From contig NW_019028982.1 in NCBI RefSeq assembly GCF_002105155.1, forward strand, positions 868,001 to 932,000: 64,000 bases of DNA. The letters run 5' to 3'. Position 1 is the first letter of the stretch, and every line of letters begins with the position of its first letter. Source of the DNA: Lobosporangium transversale. Taxonomy: Eukaryota. Positions 1 through 11,984 of the stretch are shown here, in pieces. A program made the position numbers and the translations under genes. Under the pieces are notes generated by a model. That model had not been told where the DNA came from. It saw nothing but the letters and a program-made list of their open reading frames with translations, and did no database searches.

Positions 1-623
1 CAATTTTCTGCTAAATCATGGTCCTGGAAACCTTCGAAATCCTTAGAAGGCAGTATGTACTCCGTTTGTTGATCATCGAGTTGGTTATCTAAGACTGGGG
101 GGGCACTAGTTAATGATGATTTACCTTTTGCTAGTAATGATTTCGCTGTCCATGATGATGATGATGCCTCCATAGAAACGCTGCTTTCTCTCTCCACAAT
201 AGATTCCGAATCTAGACAAATGTCCAGACGCTTCTTTTTATGGCTCACGCTGGATAGCTCTACGATCTTCTCAGCATCACTTGCTCCGCTTTTCACTACT
301 TTTAAAATTGTCGAAGATATTTTGCGTTTGGCGTCTGATGCATTTTTTTTATTTATATATTCCTCGAAGGCTTGCGTGAAGGGGTCTTTTGAGGCCTTTT
401 GTAGAACATTATCGGCACGACTTCTCAGGCTTTCAGACACATTATTGGCATTACTGATTGTCGTGAGGCCCTTAGTGTAAGTTGTAAAGTGCTGTTCTGA
501 CGGCTTGGAGAGATCACAATACTTGAAGAATGCATGGGTATTATGCCAATAGCGGGCTTTGACGCTCTTGAAGAATGGATGCACCTTCAGTGCACTAGGA
601 GCGGTATGGTCGAGGTCTTGCAT
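1..623 (-). CDS. Hypothetical protein, 5' part (>=207 aa, runs off the left edge of the window)
   Basis: Manual translation from ATG at 623 (MQDLDHTAPSALKVHPFFKSVKARYWHNTHAFFKY...DHDLAEN) has no stop before the window edge. Absent from the ORF track because it has no stop in the window. No domain recognised. Confidence 0.6.
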   Translation of the reverse strand, partial: MQDLDHTAPSALKVHPFFKSVKARYWHNTHAFFKYCDLSKPSEQHFTTYTKGLTTISNANNVSESLRSRADNVLQKASKDPFTQAFEEYINKKNASDAKRKISSTILKVVKSGASDAEKIVELSSVSHKKKRLDICLDSESIVERESSVSMEASSSSWTAKSLLAKGKSSLTSAPPVLDNQLDDQQTEYILPSKDFEGFQDHDLAEN

Positions 624-702
624 CGTTATATATTTAGTTCATGAAAATAGTAACTTCATAAAAAAATATGTTAGTGATGTGAAAGCTATTTTACTTGCAG
701 AG

Positions 703-1582
703 GATAGGATGAGCGAGCGTGAATGGTCCACAAGCTGCTTTTCAGACCTCTATGAGGTACCGTGTTGCGCGGCACAGCCGACAATATACGGCAGCATCTT
801 GTTATTATCGCCTTAACTCTCGAAAGAGCCATAGAAGCAAAAGTAAACCATCCAACGATACCACCATCGAAAGAATAGCCGCGCCATCCTCAGGTATACG
901 GCCCAGATTTAAGGGTTGGATACCTGATTTCTCTGTCATCTTTTCCAATTAGACGTACAGAAGCGGCAGCGAAGCAAATTGAACAAAATCATTTTTAGAA
1001 GATAGGATGAGCGAGCGTGAATGGTCCACAAGCTGCTTTTCAGACCTCTATGAGGTACCGTGTTGCGCGGCACAGCCGACAATATACGGCAGCATCTTGT
1101 TATTATCGCCTTAACTCTCGAAAGAGCCATAGAAGCAAAAGTAAACCATCCAACGATACCACCATCGAAAGAATAGCCGCGCCATCCTCAGGTATACGGC
1201 CCAGATTTAAGGGTTGGATACCTGATTTCTCTGTCATCTTTTCCAATTAGACGTACAGAAGCGGCAGCGAAGCAAATTGAACAAAATCATTTTTAGAAGA
1301 TAGGATGAGCGAGCGTGAATGGTCCACAAGCTGCTTTTCAGACCTCTATGAGGTACCGTGTTGCGCGGCACAGCCGACAATATACGGCAGCATCTTGTTA
1401 TTATCGCCTTAACTCTCGAAAGAGCCATAGAAGCAAAAGTAAACCATCCAACGATACCACCATCGAAAGAATAGCCGCGCCATCCTCAGGTATACGGCCC
1501 AGATTTAAGGGTTGGACACCTGATTTCTCTGTCATCTTTTCCAATTAGACGTACAGAAGCGGTAGCGAGGCAAACTGAACAA
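703..1582. repeat. 298-bp tandem repeat, about 3 near-identical copies
   Basis: GATAGGATGAGCGAGCG starts at 703, 1001 and 1299. The track shows near-identical ORFs at 719/1017/1315. The third copy has a few substitutions near its right end. Confidence 0.97.
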
Positions 1583-2703
1583 GAAAAAAAAAAAATGCAA
1601 CGGAAAGCAGAAAGGTAAATAATGATTCAACGCCATTACCTGTGGAAGTATGTGTTTTATCAAATGAAAAATGGAACGAAATCTCTCTCTCCTACTTTGA
1701 AAGTGATGGAAGCTCCACTTCAAAGCGAGCGTTGGAGTGTGTGGCTTGTGATATTATCCCTCCAATGCAACGTGCATAATTTAGCAAGCAATTAAAACGA
1801 ATGGGCTCTATTGGCCATTGGGCCCATGGGGAACACTCCGTATTTTGTTCATGTTCCTGTGCTCTCCCTCTTTTTTTTCTACTTCTTTCTGTTCCCTTCT
1901 TTCAGGCACACATCCCTTCTTTGAGCGTCCATATCTCTAAACTTATTGTGGTAAGTTTGTTGGTATTGTTGTTGTTATCACTTTCACAACGACTTTCAGG
2001 AGCAAAAAGATGGACAAATCCAGCAAATGCAACATGTTTTGAAGAAATGAATGAAAAGTATCATCGGCTTCATAATCGGCCCACTCCATTGTTTTCATTT
2101 TTCTTCTTGGAGGACGGTCAATGTGATGGGCGCGTCGAGATGCATGGAATGAACCGAAAGCGAAACACAATTACAATCGCAGCATGCATTGGAAGCACAC
2201 AAGGCTGGGGAAGGAGTCTTTATTGGGCTCTACCCACCATTTTTTTTTTTTTTTTTTTTTTGACTCTTGGCCAAGATATCGCCTCGCTACCCATGTTTAA
2301 ACTCCTTACATCGAGTTCTTTACGATGGATCATATACTCGATTTTACTTTAGATAAAATCAATATCGTCACTTTCATTGTGGTTTCCATTTTACAGATGT
2401 GAGACTATCTTGAAATCAGTTTTTTCTTTTCTTGGCAGACAAGTCACCGCGCTCTTTTCTATTTATTGATTACGCTCACTCTTGGTTATCTTTACAACGC
2501 TCTGTATTCAATTAATCTCACATTCTCTCAACTATTTTTTTATTTTTATACTTTTGGACAACTTTTAGGACTCTTGGAAAAACAAAATAAAACAAAAAAA
2601 AAAGAAAAAAGGCTTCTCTTTATTCTTTCACTTCTTTCACTTCAACAACGAAAATACCACAAGCTATCTTCAACAAGGAATCCTTTTACACTTACAACAC
2701 ATC

Positions 2704-3098
<395 letters not shown>

Positions 3099-3582
3099 AT
3101 GTTTATATCCTATCCAACAAAAAATCACCCTTAGTTTCTTGTAATCCTGTAGTGTTTGTTAACTGTTGCAAACATTTTTTTTGCTCAGGACTGGTACTTA
3201 TATTCAATCAATATTTAGATTAGCTGAAATGAACAAATAAAATATTTTCTCTGGCAGATGTTTTTTTTTCTTTTTCTTTTTTTTTTTTTTTTTTTTTAGT
3301 TTCATTGTCCTGACAATATTATGGTGTCCACTTGTGCACATTAAAGAAACCAATGAATATGACCAGAAAGAATTAATAAATGAAGAAAATGCTTTTATAT
3401 CGTGTATTTTTGTAAGAGTCTATTCAACCAAGTCCAAATGTCCAAACACCGCCCCTATCAACCACTTCTCTCGCCGTTATAGGTCCGTTGAGTAGTTTTC
3501 CTGTAAGCAAAAGAATATATGTATAAAAAAAAAAAAAGAAAAACCTCCGCTCCCGCTTCATTTTCAATATCCACTGATTTAT

Positions 3583-4074
3583 TTATGCGTTAGTCTCCTT
3601 TGTAGTAGCTGTTCCTGTTGAAGATGCGGACGAAGCTTCCGTTGCAGCGGCAGCGGCCTTCTTGGCAGCCTGGATATCCTGGCTAGGTCTAATTCTCCAA
3701 CCCTTGAGACGATTCATATAGCGAGCACGTTCCTGAACAGCATCCTGAATTCCAAAGGTTTTACTATCAGGAGCATCAGGCCATTTGAATTCATGATCGA
3801 TAGTGACAACAGCCTTCTTGAACTTTTGACGCTTCGAAATGGTGTTCCCACCAACTCCGGCGACCTTGACAGGCATATTGGCCGTACGGACGCTCAGAAC
3901 GTTGAGGTTGTAGATGTTGGAGAGATAGGACTTGATATCAAATTTGTTCATGGAAGGAGGAACACGGAAAGTAAGTGTGTTGGAAACTTCAGGGACATTG
4001 GCGCCATTGCGAACTAGCTTGATGATGGTGGAGGGGAAGTAAAGTTTTTTCAGTCCTTCTTTGAGCAGTGGCAT
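3583..4074 (-). CDS. MRP20: Mitochondrial ribosomal protein uL23 (Mrp20-like)
   Basis: KLYFP N-terminus; TFRVPPSMNKFDIKSYLSNIYNLNVLSVRT...KFKKAVVT uL23 signature; intronless, 163 aa. Confidence 0.85.
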   Translation of the reverse strand: MPLLKEGLKKLYFPSTIIKLVRNGANVPEVSNTLTFRVPPSMNKFDIKSYLSNIYNLNVLSVRTANMPVKVAGVGGNTISKRQKFKKAVVTIDHEFKWPDAPDSKTFGIQDAVQERARYMNRLKGWRIRPSQDIQAAKKAAAAATEASSASSTGTATTKETNA

Positions 4075-4585
4075 GGTTTGAATGTATTGGGAAATGATAA
4101 AAACTTTATGTTATGAATGCGAGTAATGTAATATATTAATTTCTCCTTGTGCGTGTATAAAAAAAAAGGAAAAAAAAAAAAAAAATGCAAAAATCGTGCA
4201 GATTGCTTAAAGGCAAGAGGGCCGTGAAGCTGAGAAGATAAGCTGACAAGGACAAAAAGTTTCAGGCACGATAAAATGGTGGTTCAATGAGTAATGGTGA
4301 ATGTTTTCCTCCCGAAAAGCAAAAAAGCACGGTGTGACTGTTGATTCACTGAAGAATAGTTATTTGTTTTGATCCAACAAAAGTCAGTCTATTTCAATGC
4401 GACAAAGGACAATGTGGCTTTTACTTAAAAAAAAAAAAAAAAAAAGACATCGATACTTTCTATGCTTCATTTTTTTTTTTTTTTTTTTTTTTTGGTGTGA
4501 GTTTGTGTCTTTTTTTTGTCCTTCCACCTTCATTCCTTTTCTTTCATTAGTTGACATCAACAACAAAACCTAATTTTCGCCTGTC

Positions 4586-5192
4586 ATGTCGACCGATTTC
4601 AAATCCCTGACGGTCAAAAAGTACCCTCGACTGCCAGGACGTAAAACCCCAGAGTCAAGATACTGGCGCAAGTTCAAGGTTAGAAAAAATAAAATTGAAC
4701 ATAAAAGAACAATGGAAGCATAAGAAAAAAATATACAACTGGATGAAATAAAAAAAAGAAAAAAAAAAAAGAAAACGATATTCATCAACGTTATGTATCT
4801 TTTTTTCCCTTATCTTTTGCTCTTTATTATTTAGTCACCAATTGTGGTCAAAGAGTTTGCAGCTGTTTCGTCAGTTCATTTTTCAGAGACGACACCATAT
4901 GATTTTGCAGTGACAGCATCGACACGCGTTCAGATTTACAGCTCAAAAACACATCAGGTCAAAAAGACTATCTCACGATTCAAAGACGTCGCATACTCGG
5001 GAACCATTCGAGCGGATGGAAAGCTAGTAGTTGCTGGAGATGCTACCGGCCTGATTCAGATCTTTGATGTCAGCAGCAGAGCCATTCTCAGAACTTTCCG
5101 AGAACACAAACAGTATGCCTCTTTATTGGTTATTATCGATTCTTCTATAGTCGTTCAATCATTAGTGTTCCGATTGATTTATCTACTAATTA

Positions 5193-5226
<34 letters not shown>

Positions 5227-6616
5227 TTTTTATATAAATATGAATATGCTAATATAGCCCAGTACATGTTACCAAATTCTCATCAGACAAGACTCAGATT
5301 TTGTCTGCATCAGATGACAAGACAGTGAGGATCTGGGATATGCCTAGCGAAACTCCATTGACGATATTCACAGGACATGAGGATTATATTCGTTCAGGAA
5401 TGGTCTCGCACGACAATCCACATCTTATCTTATCAGGATCTTATGATCAGACAGTTAAATTATGGGATATGCGCACTCAGGGCTGTGTTATGACCATGAA
5501 TCATGGATCACCAGTAGAAGCTGTAGAGATGTTTCCTGATGGAGGAGTGGTTGTTTCAGCTGGTGGACCTTCCATTAAAGTGTTTGATATCTTGGCAGGA
5601 GGTCGACCCATGCATGCACTCTCAAATCATCAAAAGACTGTCACATCGTTATGTTTTGATAATTCACATTCTCGTCTATTGACAGGATCATTGGATCAAC
5701 ATGTCAAAATCTATAACGTTCAGGATTATAGTGTTGTCCACAGTGTCAAATATCCAGCACCAGTTTTGAGTGTTGCTCTCTCAGTACGTCTGTCTCTTTC
5801 ACTCGTCTTTTTTTTTTAAAAAAAAAAAAAAAAAAGTTTTTTTGCTTACACACAGGGACGTTTTTTTCTTCTACTTTCTAGCCTGATGATACACACTTGG
5901 TGGCTGGTATGGCAGGTGGATTACTATCGATCCGTCAACGCGTCGTCAAAACAGCTGAAGTACAGACCCGTCGTGCACAGGAGGAGCAGATCCGTGCTGG
6001 TAGCTATAAATACTTTGTCCGTGGTCAAAAGAAGGCTAACGAGGGCGATTTCACAGTCGAGACTCAGAGGAAGCGTCGTCTGCGTGAATATGACCGATAT
6101 TTGAAAGCATTCCAGTATGGCAATGCGTTGGATGCTTGTCTGAGAACGAACCAACCTGCAGTGACGACCGTTTCATTGATTCAGGAGTTAGTCCATCGTG
6201 ATGGTCTTCGACAGGCACTGTCAGGAAGAGATGATATCTCCTTGGAGCCACTGGCGCAATTCCTAGTGAGGAACATCAACAATCCACGGTACACATCCAT
6301 TCTAGTGGATGTGACAACGATTATGATTGACATGTACACGGCTGTATTGGGGCAATCGCCTTTGATTGATGAGCTATTTATGAGGTTGCGGGCCAAAGTT
6401 AAAATGGAAATTGAATTTCAAAAGCAGTTGTTGTCCGTTTTGGGATCGATGGAGATGTTGTTTGCAAAAAGCACGACTACATCTGTAGGGGTTGCTATTC
6501 ATAATGAGATGGCATCTGTCTCTATGTCATCACCGGCAACAGCACCAACGGGAGCAACAGGGGCATCAACAATGGCTTCATCTTTATCTTCATCTTCATC
6601 ATCGAGGATACAATAA
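4586..6616 (+). CDS. UTP15: U3 snoRNA-associated protein 15 (WD40 + UTP15 C-terminal domain), multi-exon
   Basis: MSTDFKSL...TPESRYWRKFK, PYDFAVTASTRVQIY, KTISRFKDVAYSG, WD repeats, NHQKTVT, C-terminal IQELVHRDGLRQALSGRD. GT-AG introns join the track ORFs. Confidence 0.93.
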
Positions 6617-6996
6617 TTTTGACATATCAAATGACACACATCCTTTATAAATGCATTCATTCTCTTTTCTCCTTTTTCGAGTTATACATTTATTATTTTT
6701 CCCCTAATAGATATTACTCAATGTGTATAAAGTTGAGGAAATATTAAAAAAAAGGGGGACCTTGCCTGAACAGTCTTCTTTGCATGTGATAAACAGATAG
6801 AAAACGGCGCACTTTTTTTTTTTTTTTTTTTTTGCTTATTTGTTCTTTTTCTCATTCAAGGATGTCTTGTTTCACTTTACTGACATCCATCAAATCGAGT
6901 AGGTAATTGTGGTGCCTTGTTCTTGTAGACCTCCCTACGGCCTCTTATGTTTTAAAGAATAAAGAAACGCTGGGTCAACAAGAAGAGAAGACTGCT

Positions 6997-7129
6997 GAGC
7001 AAGAGCCGAGTAGAAGGATGAAGAGAGGTGAGCAAGGGCCGAGTAGAAAGATGAAGAGAGGCTTTGTAAGAATCGAGTAGAAAGATGAAGAGAGGTTATG
7101 TAAGAACTGAGTAGAAAGATAAAGAGAGG
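6997..7129. repeat. Intergenic minisatellite, 4 copies, 33-34-bp period
   Basis: Core GAGTAGAA(A/G)GAT(G/A)AAGAGAGG at 7008, 7041, 7075 and 7109. Confidence 0.85.
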
Positions 7130-7713
7130 TGGGCCACATACGCACGGACAACCAAGCTTATTCACAGCAAATGGCCATGACAAAGAACTTCCAAGAATGG
7201 GAAAAGCAATAAACAAAATGCACGTACTACTAATAAAATGAGCTCCAGAACACAATAGATCCGGGATGTAGGTGCAGGGGCGGACATGGGGAATATGAAA
7301 TTAACACAAGGATGCTAAGGCTTTTTTTTTTTTTTTTTTTTTTGTTTTTTTATATTACAAAGCGCAAGAGTAATAGCAAGCTTTCCATGGTTGCCTGCAT
7401 GGCAAGAAAGGACACTATGGCTTTTGGCTTCCAGAACCTTAACTGCTTTTATAGGTGCTTACTCTTCTCTCCTCCATGTTCTTCGTCAATATAAAGACTT
7501 CATTCTCTTTTTTCTTTTCTACTTTCACTGTCCTATTTTCTCGTTTTATCTCTCCATCTCTCTTTCTCCCAATTCTCTAAATCTCTTCTATCTCCCTTCC
7601 CTTCTTTATATACACGAACAAAACAGCTCTACGCTGATACTCTCTTGCAAAGAAATTGGCACCAGAAGCAGAACAAGACAAAAACACGCTAGATAACAAA
7701 AAAAAAAAAAAAA

Positions 7714-9429
7714 ATGACTATTAGACAGTTTAATCCTTCTTTATTTAACCACCAGACTGCCATCTGCAGTGGTTATACATATCGTAAATACTTGCCCTTC
7801 TTTGCAGCCATAAAATTTTGCCCTCCATTCTCCTGTTTGTAAGGACTCCCACTCAATCCATTGTTCCTTATTATTTTATCCTTCGAATAAATAGACTACG
7901 TAGATGAGGGCAATAAGGATGGAATCCCGATCCTTCTACTTCACGGCTTCCCAGATTTATGGTACGGATGGCGATATCAGATTGAATACCTTGCCTCATT
8001 AGGTTACTACCGGGTGCTTGTGCCCGATCTATTGGGCTATGGAAAGTCAAGTAAACCACGGTTTGACACTCAATATGATCCTGCGACAGAAACTTGGCAA
8101 TATAACAAGCTGAACACAGATTATACACCCAAGAAGGTAGCTAGACATTTAACCGAGCTGTTGGATCATTTGAAGTTGGAGAAAGCAGTGTGGATAGGAC
8201 ATGATTGGGGCTCGGGTATTGTGTCAAGGGCAGGATGGCATTTCCCGGAACGAGTACATGCTGCTATTGCGTATGTATTTTTTTTTTCTTTTTTATCCTT
8301 GTTTAATGACTGACATATTGATTCCATTGTAATCCTTAATGTATTCCTCCCAATGGGTTAATGGTTAGTATCGGCAACCCTTTCCGCCCAATCTCAAAAC
8401 GTATGGTTTCTATAGAAGAATTTGTAAAAGAAAACCCAGCTTTTCAGTACTTCCATTATTTTGCAAGTCAAATTGCAGCATCCGAGATGGATTCGATGGT
8501 AAATATCATATATACCAATATCAAAACAATATTTTCATCATATCGATCCTGTATCTAACATATTAACCTTCCCATGTTCATGCTTTTGTTTCCCTGTTAT
8601 ATTTCCTTGAACATAAAGGTAGAGGATGTTGTAGGTAGCCTATTCCTTGATGAAACTGGTAACACAAGTGAGGTATCATAAACTTTTATCTTTTTTACTT
8701 CACTTACTGTATACCTATTCTAGTCAAGCAGAATGTAGCGCCTACTAACATTTGAATTATATTCATGCATGTTGTTGCTTGTAGGACCGGGCATATTACA
8801 TCCAAAATCTCAAGGAAGGAGGGTTCTATGGCCCACTCGCGTACTACAAAAGTTTCGATATCAGCTATCGAGAAGATCTACGTAAGCTAAGCGATTAATT
8901 GTGTAACAATATTAAATATGCAGATCGAGATGACTTACCTTTTCTTTGTTTATTAGACCTTGCAGGGTCGCGTTTCACAGTGCCAGCGCTGTTGTTGATC
9001 GTGAACAATGATCCGATCCTTACACCCGAATATTGTAAAAATGTGCCTAAGGATTACTTTGATGATCTTGAGGTGGATGAGATTGAATATGGAGAACATT
9101 GGGTTTTGACTCAGAACCCAGATATGGTCAACAAAAAGATTGGTAATTACCTTGAACGGCTCTTTGGTTCGAACGGAGGTATACGTAGGAAGAGCGCAAG
9201 CACAACAAGAGACTTGAGATCAATGCAATATCGGCACCAGCATCATTACCTAGATGCGAAGTTGCATCAAGAGTCACATAAAGAGCAGCCAGAAGAACCT
9301 TCTATGGTACGAGAGCAGCCAAGGCTACATGGGTATCATCACAGCTCTCATAATGCGCACACTCAGCGTTCCCATCATCACCATGAAAAGAATGGGAATA
9401 GTCAATTCTATGGACGGAGCAAACTGTGA
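7714..9429 (+). CDS. Alpha/beta hydrolase, soluble epoxide hydrolase-like (copy 1), C-terminal SKL
   Basis: Multi-exon. LLHGFPDLWYGWRYQI, PDLLGYG, nucleophile GHDWG, GPLAYYK, NDPIL, GEHW; His-rich tail ending GRSKL. Confidence 0.88.
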
Positions 9430-9776
9430 TAATGACGTGTTTATATATGCTTTAATGATAGTTCGCCTTTTTAGCTTTATCATGTATATTGTGTGTTGCA
9501 TTACATATTGCTTCCTGATTGAACTGTTCTTCAACAAAGAAAAGAAAAGCAATATGTCGTGGTACAATAAAGTTGAAGAAGGACCGGAAAAAAGTAAAAA
9601 CTAGTGAAATGAAATTCAAAATTGTGGAACCGTTGGATCTTCACATTAAACAAGAGAACACCTGCCCCTTTCTTTACACTTTTTTTTAAACTGCTTTTCC
9701 TTCCTTCTACTTTCTGCTTTCTTTTGTCCGTTGCTTTTCACTTCTCTCTTTTCAATCCTCCCCGTGCACATAAAAC

Positions 9777-11563
9777 ATGGAACTTACTCTTTATGATCAA
9801 TTAAAGAAGACGCTCGAGTGTCTACCAGATATTCTAGCCTATAATGCTTCTGTATCCAAGCCAACTCCTGCAGAACTGAAGCCTTCTAGGTTATTTATTA
9901 TTACTTTTTAATAACAAAACCAGTCTATGAAAATTTTTTTCTTATCAGCAGTACTGATAGTTTTTTCATTCAATGTATTCTTATCATATTGCATACTAGT
10001 TTTAATCACAAGACTATCAGCCTTCGAGGACACAAATATCGTAAATGTTGGCATTCGAGATCTTTTTATGTTTAGATTTCCTTGGATACTAACGAGTGAA
10101 GAAAATCTTTGCTTGTATACCATCAACAGACTACGTCGAGGAAGGTGATCCAAACGGTACTCCAGTGATTTTACTTCATGGGTTCCCAGATTTATGGTAT
10201 GGATGGCGTCATCAGATTCGACACCTTGCAAAACATGGATATCGTGTCTTTGCTATTGACAACTTGGGGTCTGGTGGATCTGTAAGCAAATAAAAAAATA
10301 AAAAAAATAAAAAAGGTTTGAAGTGATAAACAAATTGAACGAATAGGAGGTATCTGATATTATGTATATCCGATAGGATCATCCAAGGTGTTCTCTTGAC
10401 GAGTTGGATCCATACCTCGCTGTTAACTTGTCAGCCAGCTTGGTTGACTTTTTAGATCAACTGAATATTGAGAAGGCGGTGTTTGCTGGGCATGATTGGT
10501 AAGCAAATGGGTCGACACATTCACCTTTAAGCGTACATAAATCGTTGAATGAACGCCCAAATTTCATTCTATTGACATTGTCTGTCTCCCTATGACTGTA
10601 TCTGTATTCCTTGTCTATGTTGTATTGTCAGGGGCGGATATTTGGTCTGGCAATTAGGTCAGAGATACCCTGAACGCTGCCACACCATAATCAGGTACTT
10701 AAAAAAAAAAATATGAGCAAATTGCTACATTCTTAACGTGCATTTTTATTTTTGCTCACACATTCTGTCTATTTGGACCGCATATACAAACACGTGCACA
10801 TGTAGTCTTGGGGACCCATATAGACAGCCAACAAAAGAATTCGTTGGCATGGATCAATTTGTCAAGCAATTTCCTCATTTTGCTTATTGGGTTACTTTCG
10901 AGACCGAGGAGCCTGATAACTGGTTTGATGGCGATGTAAGGGGTTTTTTTTTAAACACTAGATTTGAGATTGATCAAAAAGAAAAAAGGCAGAAAAGGCG
11001 CCTACATCATTTACAACGACGTTAATTAGGTTCATAAACAAGCCCAAGCTTATTATGCTGGATTTGCAGCTCGTCCTGGCACTAATATAGAAGAGATGGA
11101 GTACTATATCGACCAATTCACTCGTACATCTTTCCATGGTGGATACAACTACTACCGTGCTTTCAAACCCAACCATGAAGAACAGCGCCGTAAGACATAT
11201 AATCATTTTTAAGAGGGTCATATTTCGATCGAAAATATATAATATTACTTTTTTTTTTTATTAAAAAAAAAAAAAGAAAACTAACTCTTTGTAAACATTT
11301 ATTTCGATGGTATAGGTTATATTGGCAAGCCGTTTACAGTGCCTGCGTTACAAGTGATTATCGAGCAAGATCAGTACTTAACTCCAGAGTTTATTGCAAT
11401 CCATCCAACGCACATGGTTCAGCATCTGGAACAGATCCGGATTGAGAAAGGAGGACACTGTGTTCAGTTCGAGAATCCTGAGCATGTCAATAAGGTCTTT
11501 ACAGATTATTTGAGCAAGTTCTTTAGCAAGGACAAGAGTCAGGATCGGACAAAAGTACAATAG
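9777..11563 (+). CDS. Alpha/beta hydrolase, soluble epoxide hydrolase-like (copy 2)
   Basis: Multi-exon. LLHGFPDLWYGWRHQI, GHDW|G split by an intron, GGYNYYRA, QDQYL, GGHC. Confidence 0.88.
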
Positions 11564-11984
11564 ATCCCCGAAAAGGCGCTTAGCTGTACTTTTGTACCTT
11601 TGTCACATAGCACTTTCTTTCGCTCAAGATTTTTTTTTTTGTGCAACGCGTTGCATCTGATGCTGTGTTGAGTAAAAAAAGCAATTTTTTTTTGTGTCTG
11701 CAGATAAAATGTCTTGTACAATCATGTGAGCCCAAAATATAACGGGCATAGGATGTGCCTTAGCCTGTCGCTTGTAGTTCCTGTTTGGAAACAGTTGAGG
11801 CCATTGGCTCTGAGGATGACTGTAGTTTTTTTTTTTCCCTCTTTTCCTTACTTTCTTTTCTTTTTCCTCTCTTTTCATTGTTCCCTTCTACCTATCCCCT
11901 GCTCTTTTTTTTTTTTTTTTTTTTTTTTTTATATTTTCCCACCTGTAGACCTGTAATTTGACTTGCTGCTATTTTTCTTTCACC

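Noticed and set aside
719..1548. Three 77-aa ORFs as a tandem gene family
   Set aside because: Non-ATG starts and no recognisable features; they simply reflect the DNA repeat.
1801..2352. 183-aa ORF upstream of LC8
   Set aside because: Runs through a poly-T tract, low-complexity composition, no domain; likely intergenic.
6997..7129. CRISPR-like repeat-spacer pattern
   Set aside because: Eukaryotic context, linkers only 12-13 nt and similar to each other, no cas genes; it is a minisatellite.
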